The notes beneath the pieces are model-generated. The model had not been told where the DNA came from and did not search any database. It saw only the letters and a program-made list of their open reading frames with translations. DNA of 64,000 bases from the human T2T-CHM13v2.0 reference genome, Homo sapiens: assembly GCF_009914755.1 (NCBI RefSeq), contig NC_060930.1; one strand, given 5' to 3'. A program made the translations under genes and the position numbers. Positions 28,574 through 41,600 of the stretch are shown here, piece after piece; position 1 is the first letter of the stretch; every line of letters starts with the position of its first letter.

Positions 28574-28898
28574 AAAGATCATTCTAGCTTAAGTGAACAA
28601 TACGTGGAAAAGACATACTGAAGGCAAGAATACCAGTGAGCCCAGGGAAACACAAAAATGGCACAATGTAAGGTGGTAGCAGTGGGAATAAAGGCAAGTG
28701 ACAGATTAGGGAAAAACAAAGCTTAAGAATTAATATAATGATTATGTCATTTATAATTAATAAAGAGTGATTGGGTGGTGAATGGGCAGAAGAATATGGG
28801 ATGAAACCTACCATTCTGGCTTGGATAGTGGAGTGGAGGGGGCTGCGATTCACTATGACACTGAACAGGTAATTAGCAACAGTTTTGTTTGTTGTGGT

Positions 28899-29337
28899 TT
28901 TTATTTTAAAATCAACAGATAACTTTGTATGGATTTATGTATAACATGATGTTTTGAAGTATGTATACATTGTGGAGTGACTAAATCTAGCTAATTATGC
29001 ATTAACTCACATAGTTATTACTTTTGTGGTGGCAACACCGTCTACCCTCTTTTAGAATATTTTTAAAACACAGTATGTTATTAACTATAGCCACCATGTT
29101 GCACAATAGATCTCTTGAACTTTTTCCACCTATCGGAAGTTTTGTAACCTTTGACCAATATCTCTCCAACACCCACCCACCACCACAACTATTCTAGCTG
29201 CCAGTAAACACCATTCTACTTTCTACATCTATGAGATCAACTCTTTTAGATTCCATATCTGAGGGGGATCACGTCATATTTATTTTTCTGTGCCTGGTTT
29301 ATTTCACTTAACATAATGTCCTCCAGGTTAATCCATG
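28899..29337 (-). mobile_element. L1MA (MA8-like) 3' end
   Basis: aacatgatgttttgaagtatgtatacattgtgg...caatagatctcttgaactt...tttcacttaacataatgtcctccagg. Confidence 0.88.
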
Positions 29338-29911
29338 AGGATAGTTTTAATGGTTATTAAATTTTCATAGCTTGAAAGAGGCCATGTTGAGAACATTTAC
29401 ACCTCAGAAAATATGCTCAGTATTGGTTTTTATTTTTTTGAGAACTGGTTTACTAGCTCATGACTGAGATTTGGACATTGGAGCTGGAAGTAATGATTGG
29501 GACATCAAAATAGAGATGTCCAGCAGCTGATAGATTAAATATATCTGGAGCCATGGAGAGAAGTAGTTTGGAAACAAAGATTTGGGACTCAAGAATTGTG
29601 GGTAACTGGATTATTTATTTACTAATTCAACTTGTTTACCTACTTGAAGGGGAAACTAATAATAACCTGGATAAAATAACATTTTAATATTTGATGTACT
29701 ACAAAAGGTAGAGTGATTTTTGTCTTTGCTTTATACTACATACTGTATATAAAACTGTATTTTCCTGTCTATGGAATATACTCAGGATACATTTAGGCAT
29801 ATTTCTTTATTTTAAAAACATAGTATATTTGAAGGAAACTCAGGCTTGTTTTTCCTCAATTTGTTATTGTTGTTTATAATATCATTTACCAAAGTTAATT
29901 CTGTGATGGAC

Positions 29912-30660
29912 TGTACCAGTTATCTGCTTATGGCATCTCAGCTCCAAATCTACTCTTCTTTTTTCCTGCTTTGTGATACTGAAGCTGGGCCCTACAAACA
30001 TTTCTCCTTTGTCAGGTAACTCAGTGTTAGGTTTTGTCAATAAAGGGCATTGGAGAGCAATGTACAGTATAGCAGAGGAAAAGGCTTCTCTTCCAAGTTC
30101 TGGTATGATTCCTTTTTTCTTTGTAGAATGCCTGTGGGGACAGGTATGTGGGGAGACTGTGGTGCTTGGCCTTTAGTGTGTTCTCCAACCCCTGGAAAAT
30201 TTCTCTAGCACCCCAGCAGTGATTGGCTGACTCCATCCCATGGGATTCAGAAGGCAGCTTTCTATATACCCGTTCCAGCCCACAGTGCTTCAGTGAACAT
30301 TGTAGGCAACCTGAAGGGCAGCTTTCAGCACACCAGCTCTGACCCAGGATACCCTCACACGTATTTTTGTCATCCTATGTGCTGTAGTCATACTCTTCCT
30401 AACGAGATCTTAATATCATCTTTATGGAAGAGGGATGGGAGAGCTTACAATTTGGCCCCTTCTTTGGGTTTTCTCACTTAACCCTAAGGTACAATATTCT
30501 CCCTAAATCTGCAATGCCTATATTTTTTAGATTTTTAAAAATTCATTTTAGACATTAACTATCTTTTACTAGTTAATAACTCTCTTTACATGAAATTTTA
30601 TTTTTCCTGCTTCAATTATTGGTGTGGTTTGTGTCTCTTCCCTGGACCCTGACTAACACA
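29912..30660 (+). mobile_element. LTR33-like ERVL solo LTR
   Basis: tgtaccagt...ctcagctccaaatc...ctggaccctgactaacaca, with perfect TSD tggac on both sides. Confidence 0.85.
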
Positions 30661-31559
30661 TGGACCATGTAAGAAGTTGGTCGGAAGGCAGAAACCTCCC
30701 TATGCAGAAAAATAAAATATCATCCTTTTCTATGAAATAAAGAGGATGCTTTTGGACACCTATTAAAATAATAGCGAAGGACTTTTATATTTATTATATA
30801 TATGGCATTTTTCTGACCTGCATTTTTAAATTAATGTATTTTTCAGAATCCTCTGAAAGGTTCTGACTTTCTAGATGCAGCATTGATTTCAGAAGCAATG
30901 GTGAATCTTTTTTGTTCCATTTTTTTTTTAATTTTTCCGCATAAGTCTACATAATGGTCATTTCTACCTTTGTAACTTGGATTTACTATAATTTCCACTT
31001 AGTATTTCTCTCCTTTTTTTTTTGCTCTTCTAATGCCGATCATCCTTTATGGTCTAGCTCAGGTCATGATTCTTTCCAAGCTTATCTACCCTCCCCACAT
31101 GCAGATTATCTACTACTCTTTATCTGCCAAATCATATCTCAAGAGCCATCTCTAATCAACTTATTGAGGTATTTCTCATGTTTCCAATGAAATATTAAAC
31201 TATGAACCTTTGTGGAATTTTATACTTCTTTATGGGGAAGTTATTTTTTCTCTCATTTTCTTCTCTCAAGACTATTTTTTTCTTTTCACATATTTAAAAA
31301 ATGTTTTAAGACTGATTTTGATAAGAACAGTATATAATAGTCCCATATTAAAATAGAAGAAGTGGATTAACAGTGATGTTAACAATAAGAAATGTACTGT
31401 TAACATATTAACAGTGAAATAATGAAGTATGGTGGGGAAATGACTATAAAGCAAACAGAATAACAATTAACCTTAATTGAGTTTAAGGTTTAGCTAAGAG
31501 TTTCTGGGAGTCAAATGAAAAAGGGAAATACAATGGGCTTTGTATTTATTTTACATTTT

Positions 31560-32310
31560 TAGTCAGAGATTATATTCATTGGTGATATGGTTTGGATGTG
31601 TGTCCCCTCTAAATCTCATGTTGAAATGTAATCCCCAATGTTGGAGGTGGAGCCTGATGAGAGGTATTGGATCATGGGGGCAGATTCCTCATGAATGGCT
31701 TAGTGTCATCTCCTTGCTGGTGAACGAATTCTTGCTCAATTAGTTCATCTGAGATGTTGTTTAAAAGTCTGGGGTCTCCCCTCAATCTCTTTCCTACTCC
31801 CTCTTTGCCTTCTGCCATGATTGCAAGCTTCCTAATGCCCTCACTAGGAGCAGATGCCAGCATCATGCTTCCTGTACAGCCTGCAGAACCATGAGCCAAA
31901 ATTAAACTTTTTCTTTATAAATTACCATGCCTCAGGTATTACTTTATAGCAATGAAAGAAATGACTAATATAATTGGAAAGCAGACTATGAAGTGGATAT
32001 TATTGTGCAGGAATTTCTATAGGGAAATGGAAAAAAAGCAGGATTGGGCAAATGGAATGCTCCGAAGCTGTGATGACCCCTTCACAGTTGTCACAAGTAG
32101 GGGTGATGGATCTGTGTCCTTATATCCTGACATCCTGGCATTGATCAGTTATTAGATGTGAGTTACCTAGAAAGGAGGTATGCTTTGGTAAAAAACTTCA
32201 GCTGAGGCAATTCCTGGGAAGACCAGCTGACAACATTTCCATCAGCTGAAGGAATGTATCCTTCAGTGTTGAAAGCGATTCTGGAAGTCATGGGATAGAA
32301 TTACTAATAT

Positions 32311-32312
<2 letters not shown>
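31560..32312 (-). mobile_element. LTR16-like ERVL LTR hosting MSTB
   Basis: ggaaagcagactatgaagtgga...gtgcaggaattt...aagcaggattgggca...gctgtgatg. Confidence 0.55.
31583..31972 (+). mobile_element. MSTB-like MaLR solo LTR
   Basis: tgatatggtttggatgtgtgtcccc...cctgtacagcctgcagaaccatgagcc...gactaatata; TSD attgg at 31578-31582 and 31973-31977. Confidence 0.92.

Positions 32313-32313
<1 letters not shown>

Positions 32314-32347
<34 letters not shown>
32314..32347. repeat. (TA)n microsatellite
   Basis: Read directly from the sequence. Confidence 0.95.
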
Positions 32348-32349
<2 letters not shown>

Positions 32350-33104
32350 CTTTTTCACAGACAAGCACTACGTCTATCATCTCTCTTTAGCAGGAAGGAC
32401 TGGGCTTTGCAGAATTGTTCAGCAATAAATTTCTAGGATTGAATTGAAGCAAAATTATATTCATGACTTTGGGGGGTTTGGGTGTGGGAAGAAGTGGAAG
32501 ATTAAAACACTTAATTTTTAATGGCCACTGATGTCTCATTGAGAGATGAGAAAATGACAACTGTATAAAGGAAATGAAAATATAAGTAACAGCTTGATGC
32601 AACAGCAGAACAGATGCTGTAAGGAATTACATCACATGATTAATTGTCAAATGAGCCACATTAATTATTTGCTGGAACAAATAAAAACAAATTACCAGAT
32701 TAATGATATAGGCAATTGTTGCTGCAGGAGTTTAGCTGGAGTGGAGAGTTAGAAAAACTGAACAGTTGGAGATAAGGCTGAGATATTTCCAAATAAGGAA
32801 TTTAGATTGCTTCTGGCATCCTATGGGTGTTTGAAGGTGTTTGATACAATGATTGTGATCTAAGTAAGAACTTGGTTTGGTGTTGGCATAATAGATTTAG
32901 AATAGGAAGTAACTGGGGGCAGTAGATCACTGATAGATAATTTCCAGTCTGGATATAAAGTGATGGAGGTGATGATGGGAATAGAAGCAACTTCCTTCAT
33001 AAAGATTTCCCTAACTCTCTGCTCTAAGTTGATTTCTCCCAAAGCTTCACTATTTGTTTCATATATTCTGATCTTTAATAATTTGCTGTCGTGTAATGAG
33101 CATC

Positions 33105-33320
33105 ATAATAATAATAATTAAGATTTCTGTAGTTATTTATATTTTACAGAGTGCTTTCACTGTTCCTCTGACTCTTTCAAACATACCATGAGCTAGGCAG
33201 GACAGGAATTTCATCTCCATTTTTAGATGTGAAAACTAAAGCCCAGCTGCTTAATGCTATTATTCCTCTCTCACAATATTATAAACTTCTTCAAGCTACA
33301 GAGTGTATTTCTATTTTTAC
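33105..33320 (-). mobile_element. MIR
   Basis: tttacagagtgctttcac...tccattttagatgtgaaaactaaagcccag-like core. Confidence 0.7.
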
Positions 33321-34985
33321 AGAGCCTAAAATAGAAAGGCAGTCAACAGATTTTAGTAGGATGTGTGGGAGCTCATATTTGAGGCAATACAAACTCATAA
33401 AATTAGGTGTTATAGATTACGCTGCCAAAAGATGACTCCAAGTAATATTAAAGTTGACTTTTTCATTTTTTACTTCCCAATGAGCAAAGTTTAGTTTTTG
33501 AACAGATGACAGCTTCATATGTTACTTTAGGTATAATATCACATCTGGGGGATATTTCTTTTTTCTCATGCTATTGGAAAATTTTACAGAATTTTCAGAT
33601 AGATTGCGCTATAAGTATTTCTCTAAAATGAATATGCCTCCCCATGAAAAATGTACATATATCCAGGGATGCTTACATCACATGAAAAAATCTTGTAAGA
33701 AATAAAAGCATATGTAAAAAACAAAAAATGTATTATGAAATGTCAGGTGTTGGGATAAAACATTAACCTAAATTCACAATTCCTGATAATCCACAAGTAA
33801 TAAGTGAGTTTATTAATTAAATGAGTTATTACTTTTCTTAAGATACCTTGAAAAGGAAAACATTCCATGCCAATTTAGTAATGTAATAGAGGTAGCACTA
33901 AAATGTTATACCAAGCACTGGAACAGGCTTGAGTGTGCCGGCTTTATCAGTAATTTATTTTCTCAACATAGGAAAGTCAATGGGGTTGGAATAGATGATC
34001 TCCGAATTTTCTTTCAGAGAGTAAATACATCTATTCCGTTGTTATTTAGTATTTAACATGTAACTGATGCTCAAGACACAATAATGAATAAAAAAGACAT
34101 TTTCATATCCTCCTGGAGTTATATTTGATGGATGTATTATATCACAACTTGGAGTAGAAAGTGCTTGTGCCACACAAAAAGCATAGTTTTTCAAAGAAAG
34201 CACAACCATAAAATGGGTTTAAGGCAAGGAAATATATAGCATATGTTTGAGAAAAAGTTGTATTTTACTTGAATACTAGTGGAATTTTTAGTCTCAGAAA
34301 CAAAATGAGTATAGAGTTTCAATAAAGATATAAGAAAATCCCTTACCAAAAAGACCTTAATGAAGAACAAAACAAAATTGGTGACAAGTTGGCTCTTGGT
34401 AGCTTCTAAGTAAAATTCAGTGGAGTAGCAAGGCAAAGCCAGGTTGAAGGCATTTATAGTGTAAGTGGATGGTAACAAAGTGGAGGCAGTGACATATGAG
34501 TTATGTTTAAAGAAATATTTGTAGTTTAAAAGCATGGATGAAGGCAGATAGGGCGGTGAATTACAGGGAATCAGAATTGGTGAGACATCTTTTTGTGTTT
34601 TTTTCTCTTTTTTTTCTTATGTTGTTTTATACTTTAAGGGAGAATAAAGAAAAATTTTAGACAAATAAGCATGTGGGCAAGATAGCAAAGTCTGGAAGAT
34701 CTTATATCAGGGCAAATGTTGGTGGCTAAGCTTTGGAATATACAAATGAATAAAAGAGGGAGGTTAAGGTACCGAGAAACCTCAAGTAGGCATTCATAGA
34801 CTTTTCAATAACTTTTAAAATTCTAAAAAGTTTAGAATAGCCACTTTTGACAATGTGATGATCAGTCAAAAACATGAAAACCAAAAGGAATAAAAAGGAA
34901 GAAGGCAAGAAATGGAAGGAGAAAGGGAGGAAAACAGGGAGAGAAGAAAGGTGGGAGAGACAGACAGAAGGAGGGGAGTGATGTA

Positions 34986-35210
34986 CAGATCAGTTAGCAA
35001 ACTGTCTGTGAAGGACCAGGTAGTTACAGACTTTCAGTATTTGGGGGTATATGGTTTGTTGCAACTGTTCTACTCTGCTTTGTAAAAGCACAAAAGTAGT
35101 CTTAGACAATATATAAGGCAATGAGTGTGGTTGTGTTTCAATACATCTTTATTTATAAAAACAGATAGCTGGTCAAGTTTGGCCTAAGGGCCATAGATTG
35201 CTGACATTCC
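34986..35210. mobile_element. MER58A (hAT-Charlie) MITE
   Basis: cag..gttagcaaact..ctgtgaaggaccaggtag...aatgagtgtggttgtgtttcaata...ttggcctaagggccatagattgctgac. Confidence 0.8.
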
Positions 35211-35297
35211 AGCCAGATGATGCCAGATTCTATGTAGTTCAAAACAAGCCATATTAGCATGGTCCTATGACTTTCTTGAATGTAAGAATAGGGATTT

Positions 35298-35421
35298 TAT
35301 ATGTGTATATATATACACACACACAGGTACAAACACACACATGTGTATGCATACACACACAGACATATATATAAACACATATTTATATACACATAAATAT
35401 ATTTGTGCATGTATATATATA

Positions 35422-35462
<41 letters not shown>

Positions 35463-35476
35463 TCATACACATATAA
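35298..35476. repeat. Compound TA/CA/TG microsatellite
   Basis: Read directly from the sequence. Confidence 0.9.
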
Positions 35477-36563
35477 ATGCTAGAAGTCATCTGGAGTCTC
35501 CAACTCCTTGAATCTGCTTAAGATCAGTCTGTCACAGACCCAGTTTTTATGGGCCTTATATTTTCTTGGTCACCTATGGTTCTGACTTTCTTCTATACCA
35601 GTGTTTTCTTCCTATGTGTTTTATACCCTTTTATTTACCTCTGCCCCGGTGTTCAGCTAAATATAATTCATTAAAATTTTTTTTTTTTTTTGCTTTTTTA
35701 AATTTCAGCTGCAAATCCATGAAGGCAAGCATGTTGTGAGGAAAATTTCTTTTACTAACAGAGTGAGGGTCTCCAGGAGTTCTAGCCTCATGAATCACAG
35801 AGCAAACAACTTCAAATTTTAAACTGATTTCAGGCATTCATATTTTCACAAGGCCTTTGGGTTATCATGCCACCAAGACATTATCAGTGGTCAACTGACC
35901 CTTGCAGAATTGTTTTTAAACTAATCCTTTTTTTTTTTCTTGCTGTGTCCTTTTTTTTTTTTCCTCTCAGGCAAAATAAATGAATGAATGGTGTCACGCA
36001 GGATTCAGCTAATTTTTTCATTATTTATATCTTTGCTAACAACCATCACCTAGAAATTTACCTTTTTACCTGAGAGGCTTAACTTCTAAGAAGTATCAGT
36101 TGTTTTTTCTTTTTTAACTAGGGTCTAGCATTCTAGGTCATCTAATTTGTGTTATCCTGTGAGATCACAACAACTCTGTATTGTATGGTTGGTATTATCT
36201 TCTACATTTTAATAGATGATAGGAAGAATCAAGAGATAGTCAAAATGGGAAGCATAAACTCTTTCTTAAAGGGTGAGTGAATGAAATTTATAATTTGGTG
36301 TCTATGGGAAGTGGGCTTGATGATACTCTAGATTTAGATTAGAGTTAATTAGTAGCACCTCATTTACTTTTGACTACTTTCTCAGAAAAGTAATCATAAA
36401 AACCCTTAAATAGAGGCAATGTTTTAACTGCATGGAGAAAGAAATGGAAGCAGCAATTAAAGCTCTTCTAGAACCCAGGAGTACTTTTCTTCAATAAAAA
36501 TGCAGTGATCCCTGGAGCAGTATAGCCAAAGTAGGTAACTCTTTTTTAAAATGTCTTTATGTA

Positions 36564-37113
36564 GAACTAAAAATAGAACTACCATTTGAATAACCAATCG
36601 CATTACAGGCTATATACCCAAAGGAAAGTAAATTAATCTGCCAAAAAGACACATGCACTTATATGTTAATCACAGCAGTATTCACAATAGCAAAGGCATG
36701 GAATCAACCTAGGTGCCCAATAATGGTAGATTGGATAAAGAAAATATGGTACATATACAACATAAAATACTATGCAGCCATAGAAAACAACAAAATTATG
36801 TCCTTTGCAGCAACATGGATGCAGCTGGAGGTCATTATCCTAAGTGAATTGATAGAGAAAACCAAATACCACATGTTCTCACTTATAAGTGGATGCTAAA
36901 TATTGGGTATACATGAACATAAATTTGGGAACAGTAGACATTAATAGAGGGGAGGAGGAGGGAGGGGAAGAAAGGTTGAAAACCTGTTAGGTACTATGCT
37001 TACTACCTGGGTGACAGAATCATTTGTACCCAGACCTCAACATCATGCAATATACCCTTGTAACAAGCCTGCAAATGTATTCCCTGAATCTCAATAAAAG
37101 TTGACATAATTTT
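36564..37113 (+). mobile_element. L1PA16-like 3' end (ORF2 C-terminus plus 3'UTR)
   Basis: ORF 36663-36899 gives AVFTIAKAWNQPRCP..WIKKIWYIY, the L1 ORF2 C-terminus; the 3'UTR ends tgaatctcaataaaagttg. Confidence 0.92.
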
Positions 37114-37253
37114 TAAAGTATCTATGTAAATTTAAATAAATCCCTATCTGAACTTAAGTTTTGTGTTGATTTTAGTGTATACTGAAAAGACAGGGTTTGG
37201 TTCACCATTATTTAAGGTCTTTAGTAGTTAATACTGAATCAGAATTTAAGCCC

Positions 37254-37360
37254 ATTGAAATGTAAACCTCATGAGCACAGGAATTTTTGTCTGTTTTGTT
37301 CAATGCTCTATTCTCTGACACAAAGAAGATTCTGAATACTAATTTGTTGAATGAATTAAT
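37254..37360 (+). mobile_element. L2 3' terminus
   Basis: aatgtaaacctcatgagcacaggaatttttgtctgttttgttca...ttgttgaatgaat. Confidence 0.8.
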
Positions 37361-38064
37361 TTAGAACTTCTTCAGTTTTAAACAAAGTTAATGTGAAGCC
37401 TTCAGAGCCCATTTGGTTTCCTGCAGCATTCCTGTGCATACTCTGTGCCCCTGGCCTCACCCTTTTCTTCCATTTCAAAGCAAGGACGTTCTCTGTTTTT
37501 AGTAGAAGAGTTGTTAAAAAGACAGCATTGAAGAATAACCAAGATGTCATCAGGGCCACTCAGCCCTTTTCAACATCTTTGAGGATTCTGTCCTGCGGTG
37601 GCGCTGGTATTTTACTGAGTCACCTCTGGCTATAGTTGCTTTCTCTGAATTCTCTCATCTCAATCTGGTCGGGCAGCTGTTATGACATCACCCCAAATAT
37701 GAACAAAATCTCTAGTCCTTGATTATCCCAAATACCACCCACACAAAGACATCAGTTATGACAGAATGTACTGACTGATTGTATGGCTAGAAAATGTTTA
37801 GTAACTTTTCAACTGAACTGAATAGTAAGCCTTTCTATTTTTAAAAGTCATTTGGATAATGCTCTCTCTCTTTCCTTCTGCATTTTCACTTGTATTCTCT
37901 CTTGCTTGTATATAAACCTGGCTTGTTGCTGAGCTAGCTAGTCACTTCAATACCCCCTTTTCAATCTTCTTCCTAGTTCATTTGCCCTTGTCTACAACCT
38001 CCTTTAATACGTTGTTAGCAGAACTGTTTGTCTTTCCTTTGTCTCAACTCATCCTGCGGGCAAC

Positions 38065-38278
38065 ACCAGTTCAGTATTTAAAGATGCATACTCCAGACTG
38101 AGACTTTATTGGTGCAAGTCTTCCTCTACTTTATTAGCTTTGTAATCTTAGAAAACTTACTTTTCTTTTCCCCAGTTACATTTTTATTTGTTTTTTTGCA
38201 AGCTTGTAATGAATTGGTGAATGTAAAGCATTTAGAAAAGCATGGTGTGGTAGAAAGCTCTCACTAAATATTATTTTA
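38065..38278 (+). mobile_element. MIR
   Basis: ctactttattagctttgtaatctt...atgtaaagcatttagaa...tagaaagctctcactaaatatta. Confidence 0.7.
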
Positions 38279-38631
38279 CATTTTTGTCTTGCTCCAGGGC
38301 TCTCTTCCTTAATAAAAAAAAAAAAAAAAAAAGAAAGAAAAAAAATTTAAAAAAAAGGAAAAGGAAAACCAAAAGGAAAAAAAAGTATTCTACAATGACT
38401 TTCACTAAACAGAGCCAAATAGGACCACCACAAGGAATTCAGTAGTCAGCAATTAAAGTAAAATTATTTCTTCCCTGCTAAAGAAAGCAAGTAGCAGTTT
38501 TTTAACACCAGAGGCTATTATGTCCTCATTTTGGTCAGTTAATTTTCTCTTTCCTGTGGAAAGTGATCATCATAATTTTATGTTTTAGGGCTCAATTCAC
38601 TATTTTTCAACATTAAATTGTACAATTTAAA

Positions 38632-41600
38632 AATAATTTTAATTTTAATTTTAGATTCATGAGTGTATGTGGAGGTTTGTATGTGGCTATATTATGTGAT
38701 GCTGAGGTTTGGGATATTAATGATTTCATCACCCAGGTAGTCAGCATAGTATCCAACAGTTAGTTTTTCAACCCTTGTCCCCTTCCCTCCCTCCATCCCC
38801 ACTCTAGTAGTTCCCAGTGTCTATTGCTTCCATATTTATGTCCATGAGCATCCAATATTTAGCACCCACTTATAAGTGAAAATATGTGGTATTGGGTTTT
38901 CAGTTTCTGCATTAATTTGCTCAAGATAATGGTCTCTAGCTGTATCCGTGCTGCTGCAAAGGACACCATTTTGTTCTTTTTTATGGCTACAGATTATTCC
39001 ATGATGTACCTGTATTATATTTCTTGATCAGTCCCCTATTGATGGGCACCTTGGTTGATTCCCTGTCTTTGCTGTTGTGTATAGTACTCCAATGAACAGA
39101 CGAGTACATGTGTCTTCATGGTAGAACTATGTCTTTTCTTTTAGATATATACCCAGTAATAGGATTGCTGGGTCAAATGATAGTTGTGTGTTAGTTTTTT
39201 GAGAAATCTTTGAACTGTTTTCCACAATGCCTGAACTAATTTATGTTCCCACCAACAATGTATACACGTTCCCCTTTCTCTGCAGCCTTGCTAGCCTCTA
39301 TACTTTTTTATAATAGCCATTCTGACTGGTGTAAGATGGTATCTCGTTGTGGTTTTGATTTGTATTTCTCTAATGATCAGTGATATTGAGCTTTTTTTCA
39401 TATGCTTGTTGACCACATGTATGTCTTCTTTTGAAAATTGTTCATGTTTTTTTGCACACTTTTTAATGGGGTTGTTTTTTGCTTGTTCAATTGTTTAGGC
39501 TTCTTATAGATTTTGGAATTAGAACTTAGTAAAAGGCATATTTTGTGATTCTTTTCTTCTATCCTGTAGGTTGTCTGTTCACTCTGTTGATAGTTCCCTT
39601 TACTGTGCTGCAGCTCCTTAATTTAATTAAGTCCCACTTGTAAATTTTTGTTTTTGTTGAAATTGTTTTTGAGGACCTAATCATAAGTTCTTTCTCAAGG
39701 CCAGTGTCCAGAATGATGTTACCTAGGTTTTCTACTAGGATTCTTACAGTTTAAGGTCTTACATTTAAATATTTAATCTGTCTTGAGTTAATTTTTATGT
39801 AAGGTTAAAAGTAGGAATCTAGTTTTATTCTTCATATAGCTAGCCAGCTATCCCAACACAACTTATTGAATAGGGAGTCCTTTTTATCATTGCTTATTTT
39901 TGTCAACTTTGTTGAAGATCAGATGGCTGTAGGTATGCAAGTTTATTTCTGGGTTCTCCGTTCTTTTCCACTGGTCTTTGTGGCTGATTTTGTTCCAGTA
40001 CCATGCTCTTTTGGTTATTGTAGCCTTATAGTACAGATTGAAGTCAGATAATGTAATGCTCCTGGCTTTGTTCTTTTTCTTAGGGTTGCTTTAGCTTTTT
40101 GGGCTATTTTTTGGTTCCATGTGAAATTTGGAATAGTTTTCTTCTAGTTTTGTAAAAAAATGGCATTGGTAGTTTGAAAGGAATAGCACTGAATCTGTAA
40201 CTTGCTTTGGGCAGTATGACCATTTTAGCAATATTGGTTCTTTCAATCCATGAGCATGGAATGTTTTTCTATTTGTTTGTGTCACCTGTGGTTTCTTTAC
40301 ACAGTGTTTTGTAGTTCTTCTTGTAGAGAACTTTCACCCTGTTGGTTACATGTAGTTGAAGGTTTTTGTTTTTTGTGGATTTTTTTTAAGCTAATTGTAA
40401 ACGGGATTGCATTCTTGACTTGGCTCTCAGCTTGAACATTATTGGTGTGTAAAATGTTACTGATTTTTGTAATTGGTTTTGTATCCTGATACTTTACTAA
40501 CATTGTTTATCAGTTATAGGAGCCCTTTGGTGAAGTCTTTAGGGTATTCTAGGCATAGAATCATATCATCAGTGAAGGCAGATTGATTTCTTCTTTTCTG
40601 ATTTGTATTCCTTTTTTTTATTTCTCTTTCCTGATTGCTCTGGCTAGGACTTCCACTACTGGCCTAGCCACAGCCAGCACTGTGTTGAATAGGAGTGATG
40701 AGAGTGGGCAAGCTTGTCTTCTTCAGTTCTTATGGGGAATGGTTCAAACTTTTGCCCATTTGGTATGATGTTGGCTGTGTGTTTGTCATAGATGGCTCTT
40801 ATTATTTTGAAGTATGTTCCTCTGATGCCTAGTTTGTTGAGTTTTTTTTTTTTTTTTTATCATGAAGAGATGTTGGATTTTATCAAATGCTTTTTCTGTG
40901 TCTGTTGAGATTACATGGTTTTTGGTTTTAAATCTTTTTATATGGTGAATCATATTTATTGACTTGCATATGTTGAACCAACCTTGTATCTCAGGAATGA
41001 ACCTTACTTGAGCATGGTGAATTAACTTTTTGATGTACTAAAGGATTCAGTTTGCTAGTATTTTGCAAAGATTTTTATGTTTGTGTTCACCAGGGATATT
41101 AGGCTGTAGTTTTGCTCCTTTTGTTGTGTCTCTGCTAGGTTTTGGTAGCAGAATGATGCTGGCTTCACGGAATAAGTTATGGAGGAATCCCTCCTTCTTG
41201 ATGTTTTGGAATAGTTCTGGTAGAATTAGTACCAGCCCTTCTTTTTACAACTGATAGAATTTGGCTGTAAAGCCATCTGGTCTGGGGTGTTTTAGATTTG
41301 TAGTTTTTGTTACTGATTCAATTTCAGAACTCAATGTTGATCTGTTCAGGGTTTTAGTTTTTTCCTGATTCAGTCTTGGGAGGTTGTGTGTTTTCAGGAA
41401 TTTATCCATTTCCTATAGATTTTTTAGTTTGTAGGCATATAGGTGTTCATAATAGTCTCTGAGGATCTTTTGTATTTCTGTGGGGTCAGTTGTAATGCCA
41501 CCTTCGACATTTCTGATGATGCTTATTTGGAGCTTCTCTTTTTTTCTTGGTTAATCTAGCTAGCAATCTATTGATCATGTGTATCCTTTCAAGGGACCAA

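Larger units (their letters stand above)
28020..28890 (-). mobile_element. L2 fragment hosting FAM and a short L1PA
   Basis: gcaaatagttcaaaatgactggag...tgcattgaaagatcattctagct...gaaggcaagaataccagt. Confidence 0.65.

Noticed and set aside
37591-37606. CTCF-like GGTGGCGC motif
   Set aside because: The 5' half of the CTCF core (CCASYAG) does not match.
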